This document shows, one piece after another, positions 51,046-64,000 of a stretch of DNA of 64,000 nt. A model generated the notes under the pieces. The model saw only the letters and a list, made by a program, of their open reading frames with translations, did not search any database and was not told the DNA's origin. Origin of the DNA: Octopus sinensis (lineage: Eukaryota). Numbering within the stretch: the stretch's first letter is position 1; each line of letters begins with the position of its first letter. The position numbers and the translations under genes are program-made. Where the stretch lies: contig NC_042998.1 of assembly GCF_006345805.1 (NCBI RefSeq), positions 152,086,001 to 152,150,000 of the forward strand, written 5' to 3'.

Positions 51046-51929
51046 CTATTGAGCAAGCAAAAGATATAAACTTCGTCGCTAGTACCTTATCGTTGTTGTT
51101 GTCATTGTTACTTTGTTGCTGTTATTTTATATCTGTTGCTCATTGTCGTTGTTGTTGTTGCTGCCTTTGTTATTGTGTTGTTGTTGTTGTTGTTGTTGCT
51201 GATGATGATGATGAGGAGGAGGAGAAGGATGATGTGGGGAAGGGGAAAATAAGTGAAGAATGAGGAGGTGAATGGTGACAATGATGATGAAGATGCACGG
51301 CGGCGGTATTGCACAATTTGCGTCAAAATACTCCTTGTCGCCAAACTGTCATATAACTGTAACAGATATTAATTTGTTTGTGATGTCGAAACATTATTAA
51401 TGTTATTGTTACAGTGGTAGCACTACGGCTTGTTGTCAAGGTGAATCTTGGTAAGCTTTCAACTCTTTCACCATATCTCTTTACATCACCTGTCACTTCC
51501 CTGTCACCTCCTTCTAGCACGAACGTTATGATGGCATTCTTCAGTTCCATATTTTGTTAAGAAATTACGGATTTTTTTTTGTATAAACACCAAGTTATAA
51601 TAAAAGAGACAATCCCTAACAGCGTCACCATCAAAAGAGGAGGGATTTTTCTGTACGGTGTCTCAGTTCTCTACAAAACATAAATTAACGAATCTTTTAG
51701 GATAAAATCCATATAAAATGTGTGAAACATTCAGACACAAATCTTCTGGTGATTAGGGCAAATAATAATACGCATGTAAGACTCCAGGAGTTCCAACAGA
51801 ACCTGCGATAAAGAGAAATAATAATAATGATAATGGTACATGTGACAGTGGCCGAAATTAGCACAACGCGAATGTAAAAGACGCCATGACAATGTGACAA
51901 GAATGATTCATTGGGAGCTCTGTGAAAAT

Positions 51930-52465
51930 CACGGCCTACAAAGAGCAAAGACGTGGTATGGACATACTCCAGAAGGTGTCACCAAAAATAATAATTGCAA
52001 AATCCTGTAGGATGCAATGATCCAGTGCGATCGCCTAACCAGACATCGGAAAGCAGACATTGTTGTGGTGAATAAAAAAGAAAGAACATGCATGATAATC
52101 GACATAGCATGCCCCGGTGACAACAGCGTCAATGTGAAGGAAGAAGGAAAAATAAACAACTATGACGACTTGAAGTGGGAAATACGAAGGTTGTGGTCAA
52201 TGAGGAGAGTAGACTTGACACCAATAGTAATTGGTGCACTTGGAAGTATCAGCACTCAGCTACCAACATGACTGAAAAAGATCGGTGCAACTAAGAAGAT
52301 AGAATACCTACAATATGCCACATTGCTTGGAACTGCAAGAATTATTCGCAGAGTTATTAAAATATGACCAGTAAACAAGTGCCACCCTAGTCTACTGGCT
52401 GTGGACAGCTGACACTTTCTATCATACTCAGCAAAATAAGTTGTGAGTTTTCATCACATAATGAT

Positions 52466-52470
<5 letters not shown>
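51930..52470 (+). mobile_element. 3' fragment of R4/Dong-like REL LINE (family C)
   Basis: HRKADIVVVNKKERTCMIIDIACPGD...KINNYDDLKWEI...PIVIGALG...LLGTARI; tail (AAC)n(AAT)n. Confidence 0.85.
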
Positions 52471-52529
<59 letters not shown>

Positions 52530-52530
52530 G

Positions 52531-55500
52531 CGAAGACGAGAGATCTGAAAAAAGAGGAAAACGTAGACCTTCATCAAGAAAACCAAAATAGATATGGCAT
52601 AGAATTTGAGGTGAATAATAGAGAAAAGATTATGGAAGCAAAAGTGGACATTATGAGAGAACTCGGCAAGATTGAGCTCACTGACATGGTTAATAGAGAA
52701 CCGCTACCAAAGTTTTCAAACGGCACAAGGAATAACAACACAATCATGACATATAACGTTGCCCTAGGACAGATCTTAAGAAATAAGGGGAATGATCTGA
52801 CAACCTTAAATAATCTCATCTATTCCACTGCTAAAGTAGTAACTACCCAACTAGGTATTAAGATGACAAAGAAAAAGGCCAGGCATGTCAATGAACCTCC
52901 TAAGTGGAAAGTAGCAATACAAAAAGAGATTGAATCTCTGCGGGTGGATGTTTCAGTTCTCGATGAGCTTGCTAGAGGAGTGAATATTAAGTCGAGAAAA
53001 GCTAGAAAAATCAAGCAAAAATATAAAATCAAAGATTTCATAAACCTCCCTGCAACTAAGGAACTGTTGAAACAACGGATACAGTTGAAAGCCCAACGAC
53101 TTAGAAGGTATGACAAAAGAAACAAATTTTATCGACAAAATAAATTTTTTGAGACAGATGCAAAGAAATTTTATAGGGAAATTGGCAAAAATAAAATACA
53201 CATAGAAGATCCACCTAAGATTGAGAAAGTGGAGGAGTTCTGGAAGAAGGTATGGAGCAACGAAAAAGAGTTTAATGCTGAGGCTGACTGGATAGAACGT
53301 GAGAAAGAGAGACTGGATGAACTTGAAGAACAGAAATGGGAAGCAATAGGAATAGAGGAGCTAAGGTGTGTCCTTAGGAAGGCTCATAAATGGAAAACCC
53401 CAAGACTGGATCGGATCCCTAACTTCTGGCTGAAGTGTTTGACATAGGTACACGAAAATCTCGCTGCATCTCTGTCTGATGTCATTCAGAGCAAATACCT
53501 GCTTGGCTGACTGAAGGAACCACCTACCTATTACCTAAAACCGAAGACACAAAAAGCCCAAAGAATTACCGGCCAATAACATGTCTCAACACCACCTACA
53601 AAACCCTCACATCCATAATAACGGAGAGAATGTACGCATTCCTTGAACAAAACTCTATCCTTCCACAAGCTCAAAAATGTTGTAAAAGAAACTCTTATGA
53701 GTGCAAAGACCAATTGCTCATAAACAGAATGATTGTAGAGAATTGCCGGAGCAAAAACAAAAACCTGAGTATGGCATGGATAGACTACAGGAATGCGTTT
53801 GACAGTGTCCCACATAAATGGATACTCAAGGCCCTTGAGATATACAAGATCTCTCCTGTCGTCACAAAATTCTTACAGAATAGCATGACCATGTGAAACA
53901 CACGTCTCTTTCTAAGCCATAGTAATGGGATGAGCCAGTCCAACAGCATCAACATCAAACGAGGCATCTTTCAAGGTGACTCCTTCTCTCCATTACTTTT
54001 TTGTATGGCACTGATCCCACTCTCAAACGAATTGGATAGTACCAGATATGGGTACAAAGTTTTTAGAAAGTCAATAAACCACCTTTTCTATATGGACGAC
54101 CTAAAGCTGTTTGCAAGGAATGACCAAGAGCTAGAAGGGTTGCTAACAACTGTTAAAGAGTTTAGCAATGATATCGGAATGGATTTTGGCCTTGATAAGT
54201 GTGCTAAAGCAACTTTTGTAAGAGGCAAGCTCAGGCAAACAGCTTCTGTTAAATTAGATATTGACACTACCATCAAGGAACTTGACCCACAAGAAAGTTA
54301 CAAATACCTAGGAATCAACGAAGGAGATGGTATACATCATGCTACTATGAAGGAAAAAATAAGAAAGGAATACTATAGGAGAATAAGGCTTGTACTGAAG
54401 ACTGAACTCAACTCCAAAAATTGCATTGAGGCCATTAACACCCTGGCACTTCCAGTAGTCCAGTACAGTTTTAACATCATTAACTGGAACCTTACGGAAC
54501 TCCAACGCTTGGACAGGAAGACAAGAAAATTACTGACATCCAAGAACATGCACCACCCTAAGGCAGATGTAGACCGCCTGTACCTACCTAGAAGTAGCGG
54601 GGAGAGAGGAATAATGCAATTAGAGCTGTACTATAAGACCTCCACTAGGAATGAACAGGTACCTATCTAGTACAAAGGACTGGATGCTGCGACTTGTGTG
54701 CGAACACGAAGGCAGCAAAAAGCTGCATGCTATTGTCAAGGAAGCTTATAAGTTCGACAGGGAACTAGACGTTAACCTTGCATCAGATGACGAGCCGGAA
54801 ACCACTGCTACCAAGCAAGCAAAGCGAATGAAGCAGACTGCAAAAAAGAACGGGCAGAATCAAATTGAGAGGCGGTGGAGCCAGAAGCCCCTGCATGGAC
54901 AATATATTCTCCGAAGCCAAAATGCTGATGTAGACCAAGTGGCTGAAGAGTTCAGGATTGAAAGCAGAGACTGAAGGCTTCATACTGGCAGCACAAGATC
55001 AAAGCTTGTTTACCAGAAATTACCAGGCTAACGTTCTCCGAAACGGTACTGACCCTAAATGCAGATTCTGCGACACATTTGACGAAACAATAGACCATTT
55101 CGTGTCGGGATGTCCTGTGCTGACACCAAACGAATACAAAAATCGCCACGATAGGGTAGGACAATATATACATTGGAAGATATGTAAACACTACAAATTC
55201 GGCACTCCTGCTAACTGGTATGAACACTATCCTCAGACAGTTGTTGAAGGTAAAAATGTCACCATCCTCTGGGATTTTCCAGTCAACACTGACAGAACGA
55301 TCAAGGCTAATCGACCAGACATAATTGTTAAAGACAGGGAAGAAAATACCTGCAGACTAATAGAGTTAAGCGTCCCCACTGATAAAAATATATCTGTAAA
55401 GGAATTTGACAAACTTAGTAAATATAAGGACCTGGAAATCGAAATACAAAAGATGTGGAATCTTAAAACAAAAACTGTTCCTGTTATTGTAAGTGCTCTA

Positions 55501-55766
55501 GGTATGATAAAAAAGGGATGTCAGAAACACCTAGAGAACCATGTCTCAAGGAAATCCAAAAGATTGTGCTAACAAGTACTGCCCACATCCTTAGAAAAAC
55601 CCTATCAATGTAAATGTTTGTGTTGTATTAAATGGAGATATTTCTCTACTTCCCCTCCCCAAGCTTTCAGCTATATTTCAACAACTCTTAACCTTCACTT
55701 GCCCTAGGGCGCTGGGTGTGCTCCGGCAAGTGATTGCATCAAACATGCAGATTAAAAGTAAATGAC

Positions 55767-55768
<2 letters not shown>
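52531..55768 (+). mobile_element. R4/Dong-like non-LTR retrotransposon (RT + CCHC + REL endonuclease), 5'-truncated pseudogene (family D)
   Basis: KNYRPITCL, AWIDYRNAFDSVPH, GIFQGDSFSPLLF, HLFYMDDLKLF, YKYLG, CRFC...TIDH..SGC, RHD, RPDIIV...ELSVP, KYKDL; (AAT)n on both sides; several stops and frameshifts. Confidence 0.92.
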
Positions 55769-55830
<62 letters not shown>

Positions 55831-57155
55831 GCCCTGATGCAATATAAATGCCCTGATGCAGTAACAGGCAGAGGCTCTCGTGGCTTCTGATTTTAATTGA
55901 TTGGAAGTGTTATCATCTTAACTGATTGGAAGTGTTATCTGAAAAACAGACAGGTTCCCTAACCAAAACAGTCCAGAAGTGTGGTAGGGACATCGGTATA
56001 GAATTTGGGATCACCAAATGATCAATACTCAATATGAAATGAGGGAAGAAAGCAGCCTGGAGAGAACTGTGGTGACCATCAGGTAAGACCATGGGTGAAC
56101 CCGACGGTAATGGGTATAGATATTTAGGGATTTTGGAGCACAGAGAAATGAAAGTCAAGGTCAGCGAGGTGTATCTAGATGGTGTTGAAATCCAACCTGA
56201 ATGCCAAAAATTTGTTTACCGCAACAAATAACTGGGCAGTTTCGGCGTCCCTCCTTAAATAGACTAAGGAGGAAATATCAACACTGGATAGAAGGACGAG
56301 AAAGTTGATGACGCTGCACGGGGTGCTACACCCTAAAGCAAACGTAAACAAACTGTGTATGAAAAGAAAGAATGGTGGCTGGGGACTAATTAGTATAGAC
56401 CATTGTATAAGGAGTGAAAGGAGAACGCTTGCTGAGTATTTGATAAATAGTGATGAAGACCTGCTGCAATATGCCACGAAAGATATAGGTGTAAATACAG
56501 ATGAAATGATGGATAAGGAAGAGTTTAACCAAAGAGCTGAGAAGCGAAAAAAAAGACCTTCTTGCAATGAGAATGCATGGGCAGTTTGAAAGGAATACAC
56601 AAGACGTTAAGGATAATACAGCATCGTGGGCATGGTTTGAGCGAGGTAATTTGAAACGTACCACCGAAAGCTTGACCATTACTGCACAAGACCAGATTCT
56701 TGCTACCAATTCAGGGAAGTATAACATCTATAAAACTTCTGACACCCAGAAATGCAGACTCTGTGGAAAGAGTGTGGAAAATAAGGCCCACTTGGTAAGT
56801 GGATGTGAGGGCATTGCAAAAAAAGAATACAAACGCCGCCACGATAAAGTGTGCGAGTATCTTCATTGGCTTTTATACCGTAAATACCAATATGCAGTAA
56901 CAGAGAACTGGTATGAGCATGTACCAAGTAAAGTTACGCAGGAAGATGGAAAAGTAACGATACTCTGGGACAATGATTTTCAGACGCACCATGCAATCGA
57001 ACACCGTCGGCAGGATATTATCATATTGAATAAGAGAGACAAATATTGTCAGATTATTGATGTAGCCATACCAAATGACATGAATGTTGTGAGTAAAGAG
57101 ATTGAAAATCACCATAGGCGCAGGAGTGGCTGTGTGGTAAGTAGCTTCTTACCAG

Positions 57156-59203
57156 ACAGACGTGCAGTTTTTTGCTCCGGCAAATGTCACGTGTTAACGT
57201 GAATTATTGAACATTTTACGGCAACAGGTAGGACATTTTGGATATTTTTGGAAGCATAGTGAGGTTTATTGCTTGCCGTTAATACTTTTTTGGCATTAAT
57301 GTTAATTAGTGTTAACACTTTTCTGCGCGTAATAAGCTTCACTTTGCTTCGGATGTATTTGTTCTGCCTGTTGGCGTATTTATTGTCTCACCTTTTAGTG
57401 AGAATTGTGTATTTTGAAGAGGCATATCCCCTCCTCAAAAATTAATTTGTTCGCTTGGATTTACCACGGAGAACCAATTGTGCTTGGATTTACCACGGAG
57501 AACCAAGTGTGCTGCAACTAGGAGTACCCTGTTTCGTGAGGATTACCAGTTGCAGAACTGTGTTGCCATTATTTGAACTGTCTTCCTTCGTCCTTTTCTC
57601 TGTTTTGTCTTTCTGTTCTGTCATTGTGTTTTTTTCTTATTGGACTTTGAACTTTTAGTTGAACTTTTTTTCAAAATCATGGCAACAAAAGAAACAACTG
57701 CTTTGGAATGGGAGGTTGTCCCACCCAAGCAGTGGATTGAAAGTCTTGAGAAGAGGACGGTGGTCCTACGAACCTATTCTAGGTCGCGTGGAGCTATCGC
57801 CCTCTTCGACAGGAGCACCATAGAGAAAGAGTTGGGGGACCACCTACCAACGATAAAGTTTATTTCTCGGGGGAGTAAATTTGCAACGGTGTGGTTGCTG
57901 TTTGGTACCCCGAGGAAGCTAGCAGATTTGCTAGCGAGCCACTGGAGGGAGAGGAAATTTTGTTCCTCCCCTCGTATTGTGGCAGAAAAGTAAAAAGAGC
58001 CTGGGTTTGTGGGCTGCCCCCGGGCACGGAGGCGGAATGGATCGAGAAGACCATCCGGCGAGGCCTGGGGGATAGCGGACCCAGGCTACTGAGTGTGAAA
58101 ATGGCTCCCGCGGTCGCCTGGGAGGGGTCAAAGGCAACTTTGACCCTGTGGACACCGGTGGCCGTGGGAGAAATGAAATTCCCGGACTTCCTGAGAATGG
58201 CTGGGCACAGGTACCCGGTGATACTCGAGGGACGCCCCCCAAGTGTCACCTGTGCCTGAAGCCCGGACATATCAAGAGGAATTGTCCCGGGGGCCGTGGT
58301 GGTGCCCCGGAGCATGAAGGGGAAAAGGCGCCCGCCGCCCCCTCATTGGAGGGGGAGACGGTGGAAGTCGTGGAGGAGGTTGCCTCCACGAAAAGAAAGA
58401 GACAGGCGAGCAACAATGGCTGCTCGCCAAAGAACGCTCAGGTGGCGGAGGGGGATAGCGATCCCCCGTGTCTGGTGACGGAGTCCCCTGGGTCAGCAGT
58501 CTCCCCCAAAAGAAGGAGGAGAAAAAGAAAGAAAGGTCGAGCGGCTGATATCCATGAGCCGCAGACGTTGGCGGGAACTGTGCCGCCAACGAAAGAACTG
58601 AACGTATTGGTCCTCTTCTATAGAGGAGGAGAAATTGAAAAAAAAATGATGGAAGAGTACCACAAGGGAGCTCCTTTAGCCTTCACACAGGACCCCGAAT
58701 GGCCTCCGCAGATAGCTGTGGAAGCCGTGGCGTTCGACGTGACGCTTGGGCTAAAGGAGCTCAATGAAGATTATAGCTTGGTCCCGGGCGACGCGAACTC
58801 AGAACTTGATTACGTTCTGAGGGAGGCGTGTATGATAGTGGAGGGCGCGGGCACAAGCTATTTCGAGGACGATATGTAATTATTGAACTGTTAGTATTAA
58901 TAATGGACTGCTAAGTCCAAAAATTGGAAAATTGAAAGAGGTTTAATACCTCGTTTTGCATTTTTATTAATAATGGACTGCTAAGTCCAAAAATTGGAAA
59001 AATTGTAAGAGGTTTAATACCTCGTTTTGTGTTTATCTTTAAAAAGAACAATGTTTTAGAGAAGCGAAAGTCGGCGGGCGCTTTTTGTCTTCTCCCATCC
59101 TTATCATCTGTCTTTCATTATCATTCACTTCATTAATGTCCTCGTCCAGCCCGCAAAGCTAACTTAATCTGTGTACTGCCTTTATGGCAAATGTTTTGAA
59201 ATA
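57156..59203 (+). mobile_element. ORF1-only L1/Tx1-like retroelement (HAL1-like), 2048 bp, bounded by a 17-bp TSD
   Basis: ~520-bp 5' UTR, single ORF1-like frame, ~320-bp 3' UTR with a ~63-bp duplication, AATAAA at the 3' junction, no ORF2. Confidence 0.75.
57679..58879 (+). CDS. L1/Tx1-type ORF1 nucleic-acid-binding protein (~400 aa if two 1-nt frameshifts are corrected)
   Basis: ATG at 57679; RRM-like segments (ATVWLLFGTPEEA, RAWVCGLPP), Y.VILEGRPP followed by CCHC knuckle CHLCLKPGHIKRNC, basic KRRRRKRKK tract. Both shifts are -1 at C runs (~57910, ~58238). Confidence 0.7.
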
Positions 59204-59880
59204 AAGTAGCTTGCTAACCAACCACATGGTTCCAGGTTCAGTCCCACTGCGTGGCATCTTGGGCAAGTGTCTTCTGCTATAGCCCCGGGCCGACCAATGC
59301 CTTGTGAGTGGATTTGGTTTGACGGAAATTGAAAGAAGCCTGTCGTATATATGTATATATATGTATGTGTGTGTGTGTCTGTGTCTGTGTTTGTCCCCCT
59401 AGCATTACTTGACAACCGATGCTGGTGTGTTTACGTCCCCGTCACTTAGCGGTTCGGCAAAACAGACTGATAGAATAAGTACTGGGCTTACAAAGAATAA
59501 GTCCCGGGGTCGATTTGCTCGACTAAAGGTGGTACTCCAGCATGGCCGCAGTCAAATGACTGAAACAAGTAAAAGAGAGTAAAGAGTACTCCAAATTGAA
59601 AGTGGAAATGGCAAGCCTGTATGGAATGCGAGAGGGTAATGTAAAAGTGATACCAGTGGTGATCGGAGCGTTGGGCTCAATCCCATTGAAACTTCACGAC
59701 TTCATAAGGCAACTGGAAATCCCGTGCAAGATTGATGTCTTGCAAAAAGCATCCTTTTGGGCACAATACACACCTTAAGGAAAGTATTATCTGTCTGACT
59801 TGACAGATGGCTAAAGACTCCGGTGCATTTTACCTACACTGTGTTACGAAGTAACAATAGCAATAACAATAATAATAATA

Positions 59881-60370
<490 letters not shown>

Positions 60371-60404
60371 TGTAATATGTAATATGTAATATGTAATATG
60401 TAAT

Positions 60405-61740
60405 CTTGACAGAAAAATACGAAAACTGTTGACAATGCATAGAATGCACCACCCTAAGGCAGATACAGAATGACTTTATCTGCCAAGAAAAGAGGGAGGC
60501 CGTGGACTTTTACAACTGGCAATAACAATGAGGATTGCTACAATTGGCCTAGACACCTACCTGAAAAACTCTGAGGACTGGATGTTAAAACTTGTCTCAA
60601 AACATGAAAACAAGAAAGCATCATACTCAGTAACAAAATAGGCAAAGGAATATCTAAGTGAATTCCGAATACAACAAATTTCGGAATTAGAGATAGACAT
60701 ACAAGAAACAAGCACAGAAAAAGCTAAGTACATGAAAACCCGTGCTAAAACTGCGGCCTTAGATATTCTAAATGATAAATGGCAAGAAAAACCTCTCTAT
60801 GGCAAATACCCAAAGAGAGCAAATAATGCAGATGTTGACAAAGCCCTGACCCATCAATAGCTAATGGCCTCTGGCTTAAAATCTGAAACAGAGGGGTTTA
60901 TCATAGCAGCTCAAGATCAATGCCTACCAACAATAAACTACCAGGCCAACATATTAAAGATCGGCAGTAGCCCAACATGTCGTGTATGTCAGCAACAAAA
61001 TGAAACCATTGATCATGTTGTCTCCAAGTGCAGTCTTCTAGCGCCTACAGAGTATCTCAACAGGCATGATAGAGCTGCACAATATATTCACTGGGTAATC
61101 TGCAAAAACCTGGATTTGCCCTATGAAAAAAACTGGTGGGAACACAAACCACCCCCAGTGCTTGAAAATGACCACATCTCACTCCTCTTGAACTTCCTCA
61201 TTCAAACTGACAGAAAGACAGATGCAAATAGGCTAGACATCATATTGAAAGACTTCAAACAAAGAACATGCCTCCTCATTGATATGACTGTCCCAGTTGA
61301 CATATACGTATCTGTCAAGACCTACCAAAAACTAAGCAAATATAAAGATCTTGAAATAGAAATCAGCAAAATGTGGAACCTGAAGACTAAAACAATACCT
61401 GTTGTCATAGGTGCCCTAGGAATGATAGCGAAAGGGGCTGATTGCTACCTAACTCAGATACCAGGAAACCCCAAAATGGCAGAAATTCAAAAGGTAGTGC
61501 TCATGGGAACTGCTCATATCCTACGCAAAATACTTTCTATGTAATCTCAAGGTTTAAAACAAACATTAAAATTTTTTTTTTATTTTAGACATCCACTAGT
61601 ACAACACAAAAAAGACAACCAAATATATGGCACACTAGGCATAACAACAACGTGAACTTCCAATCTGTTGTCTCTTGAGGTCTCTGGGTGAGACTTGGAG
61701 TCAACTTGTACAAATATAAAGCAAAAGTCAAACATAGAAT
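60405..61740 (+). mobile_element. R4/Dong-like LINE 3' portion (family B)
   Basis: MHHPKAD, LKSETEGFIIAAQDQ, CRVC...TIDHVVSKC, RHD, LDIIL...IDMTVP, KYKDLEIE, PVVIGALG; (AAT)n tail. Confidence 0.88.
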
Positions 61741-62060
61741 AATAATAATAATAATATAGAAGGGGATGCTATTTAAAATGAGAATATATGAAATAAACTC
61801 AACTGCTCTCACAAACGAGAATCCTAAAAATGAAACCGACCGCTTTCAAAAATAAAATAAAAAAACAAAAAAGGGGGGAAATAATCCAGAATCCTTGTCC
61901 TCTGCGGGTCCGATTGAGATTTTCGCGGATGCCTAGTATAGGTGGTTGAGGTTTGTGATATCAACATCATTAGCTGAAATTATATCCTTAAGTGCAAGCC
62001 GGATATTACCAATTGTTTTCATGTTTGGTAAAATCCGGCTTGCACTTTTTTTTTATGTAT

Positions 62061-62195
62061 TAGACATTCACTAGTACAACACCAAAAAAAACCCCAAATA
62101 TATGGCACAGAACTTCCAACCTGTTGTCTCTTGAGGTCTCTGGGTGAGACTTGGAGCCAACTTGTACAGACATAAAGTAAAAGTCAAACATAGAA
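62061..62195 (+). mobile_element. 3' UTR fragment of R4/Dong-like family B
   Basis: Aligns to 61587-61740; followed by (AAT)n. Confidence 0.8.
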
Positions 62196-62633
62196 TAATA
62201 ATAATAATAGTAATAATAATAATAAAACCAGGCCAACACAAACACACATGGACGCGCACACAAGCACACACACGCATACACACGCACATACACGCACGCA
62301 CGCACACACATAGACGCACACACTCACGCATACATACACGCATGCACACACCCCACACACATACACGCTCGCACATACATGCACATACATACATACACTT
62401 CAGTCTGCCTCTCAAACACCCTACAACTGACCATCTCATCTGCGCACATGTGCACAATCACACAACTACACAAAAGACTACCACTTCCGTTACCATAGCT
62501 GCTGAATTCTTCCTACAACAATAACAATGTTATATATGTGTGAGGTATGCATAAGATTTGGAAATACTGGAAAATAGTTTGGGGAACATAATAGTATCAA
62601 AACAGGAGATTCGAAAATTTAGGGCTATTATAT

Positions 62634-62724
62634 ATCCATTATTACACGTGTTCCATTTGTTAATAGGAGTTATTAAATTGTACATGTAATAGAAAACATG
62701 TAACATATTCATCAGATAGAGAAT
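62634..62724 (-). ncRNA. Degenerate hammerhead-like motif (probable isolated PLE 3' end)
   Basis: CTGATGA-ATATGTTA...TAACAAAT-GGAA-CACGTG-TA; GAAA mutated to GGAA, weak stem I. Confidence 0.35.
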
Positions 62725-62885
62725 GAAATATCATTTGATTCTCCATCTGAAGAATATCTAACTGGAGATATCATAACATGTTTCTACTAAACATACAACT
62801 TTCTAAGTCCTATTAGCTAATGAAACACGTAAAATACTGAGTAAATAATAAAAGAAAACTTTCTGAATTCCTGAAATGAGTGTGT

Positions 62886-62927
<42 letters not shown>

Positions 62928-63081
62928 ACACATAGGTAATGATTTTATATTCGGGTATACACCTTGTATTATGCCGTCTAATGTTTACGGTATTCAGCTA
63001 TGTGATGCCAACTGTATGGAGATATATGCTACTGGATTTACTTCGGGAATTCCTTTGTGTTCGTAGAGTTTATACAATATT

Positions 63082-63532
63082 AAGAGACGGAAAATGGAAT
63101 TTAATGAATTTTTATTCACTGCGATCGTTTCGATCCATCGTGCACCGGTACAAGCTGTATAAATAATTGTGGTGCAGATGTCTCCCCAGGTGACTTGTCA
63201 AAATGTACTTCGCTTTTTTTTAGTCGTTCCATTTATTTTTATATCAACCCATTTTATCTGTTGTAGTGTGCTAAGCGTCTACAGTTCCTTGTATAGACAC
63301 GCAGCACGCTACAACTAATAAAATGAATTGTTATACAAATAAAAAAAATAAAATGGATTGTTATACAAATAAAAACGAGCTACATTTTGATAATTCACTT
63401 GAGGTGAGATATCTACAAAGATGGTACACCGCAATTGTTTGCACACCATCTCAACTGTGAGGTACCGGTGCACAAGGGTCGAAACGATCGCAGTGAATAA
63501 AGAGTTTTGTGAATTCCATTTTTTCCTCATAT
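63082..63532. mobile_element. MITE with ~65-bp imperfect TIRs in TA context
   Basis: TTTATTCACTGCGATCGTTTCGA.CC...GTGCACCGGTAC (63110-63150) is the reverse complement of 63463-63505; similarity extends to both ends. Confidence 0.75.
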
Positions 63533-63639
63533 ATATACATAAATACTACATACATACATATGTGTGTGTGTGTTTATGTATGTATGTATGTATGTATGTA
63601 TGTATGTATGTATGTATGTATGTATGCATGTATGTATGT

Positions 63640-64000
63640 CAGGTCACTTTCGAGTGCTACTGGTAACATGTAGCCCAGTACAACCTGTTGCATGGTCGGG
63701 TCGTCGGCGACTAAACCGGCAACCCCACCAAGCTTGCTTGGTGAGGAGGGTGTTTATTGGACACCCTGCGGGATGAAAAACAAAACCCGTCAAAGGGCGG
63801 AGGAACTCTTGAGAGTCAACGGCCATCCAATAAATGTCTTAAGGATGTATCATGCGCGGGAACAGAAATAATCGGACTGAATACCCGATCGCACGTTTAA
63901 ACCATTGGGAGTGAAGGACTCCTAGCCTTTGTTAGGGCATCCTTCTAGGAGAATGTAACTCAGGTAACTGGGATAACTCCGACATAAAACCTGCGGCTCA
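63640..64000 (+). mobile_element. Probable 5' end of an RTE-like LINE following (ATGT)n; runs off the window
   Basis: Shares sequence with 30350-30475; no ORF within the window to confirm the clade. Confidence 0.45.

Larger units (their letters stand above)
57117..59590 (+). mobile_element. tRNA-derived SINE (family A) split into 57117-57155 and 59204-59590 by a 2-kb insert
   Basis: The two halves reconstruct the 41127-41546 sequence with a 17-bp overlap (AAGTAGCTTTCTTACCA / AAGTAGCTTGCTAACCA). Confidence 0.9.
55940..59850 (+). mobile_element. R4/Dong-like LINE (family E), 5'-truncated, interrupted at 57117-59590 by a SINE nest
   Basis: YRYLGILE, LHPKANV, CRLCGK...HLVSGC, RHDKV, DIII...IDVAIPND up to 57116; continues SKLKVEM...VIPVVIGALG from ~59590; (AAT)n tail. 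Confidence 0.88.

Noticed and set aside
57156-59203. Interpretation as an LTR retrotransposon gag fragment
   Set aside because: No LTRs, PBS or TG...CA ends. A 17-bp TSD and the ILEGRPP-CCHC context fit L1/Tx1 ORF1 better than the 4-6-bp TSD of LTR elements.
62741-62790. Second hammerhead-like motif CTGAAGA-ATATCT/AGATAT-ATAA-CATG on +
   Set aside because: GAAA is absent and stem I cannot form.

Overview
Eukaryotic, AT-rich, microsatellite-saturated DNA that is almost entirely transposon-derived. The SINE families and (TA)n/(TATG)n/(AAT)n content look Octopus-like (inference, not searched). No prokaryotic features and no confidently identifiable host gene; one short candidate exon lies at 50979-51045 (-). 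Most ORF-track entries are microsatellite or antisense artefacts. Main content: (1) at least eight Penelope-like element (PLE; RT + GIY-YIG) copies or remnants. One is a ~5.4 kb near-perfect head-to-head palindrome with an intact 636-aa RT-EN frame; two others show the same head-to-head inverted layout; several 3' ends carry minimal type I hammerhead ribozyme motifs. (2) A chain of R4/Dong-like REL-endonuclease LINE fragments in (AAT)n tracts (39.7-62.2 kb), plus a triple array of a ~550-bp non-coding (AAT)n-flanked element. (3) A three-level nest: an R4/Dong-like LINE contains a tRNA-derived SINE, which contains a 2-kb element encoding only an L1/Tx1-type ORF1 (CCHC knuckle), bounded by a 17-bp target-site duplication. 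(4) A Tc1-like transposon with DD36E spacing, mariner remnants, several MITEs, three SINE families and RTE-like fragments. All alignments and RNA folds were done by eye; coordinates of degenerate remnants are approximate.
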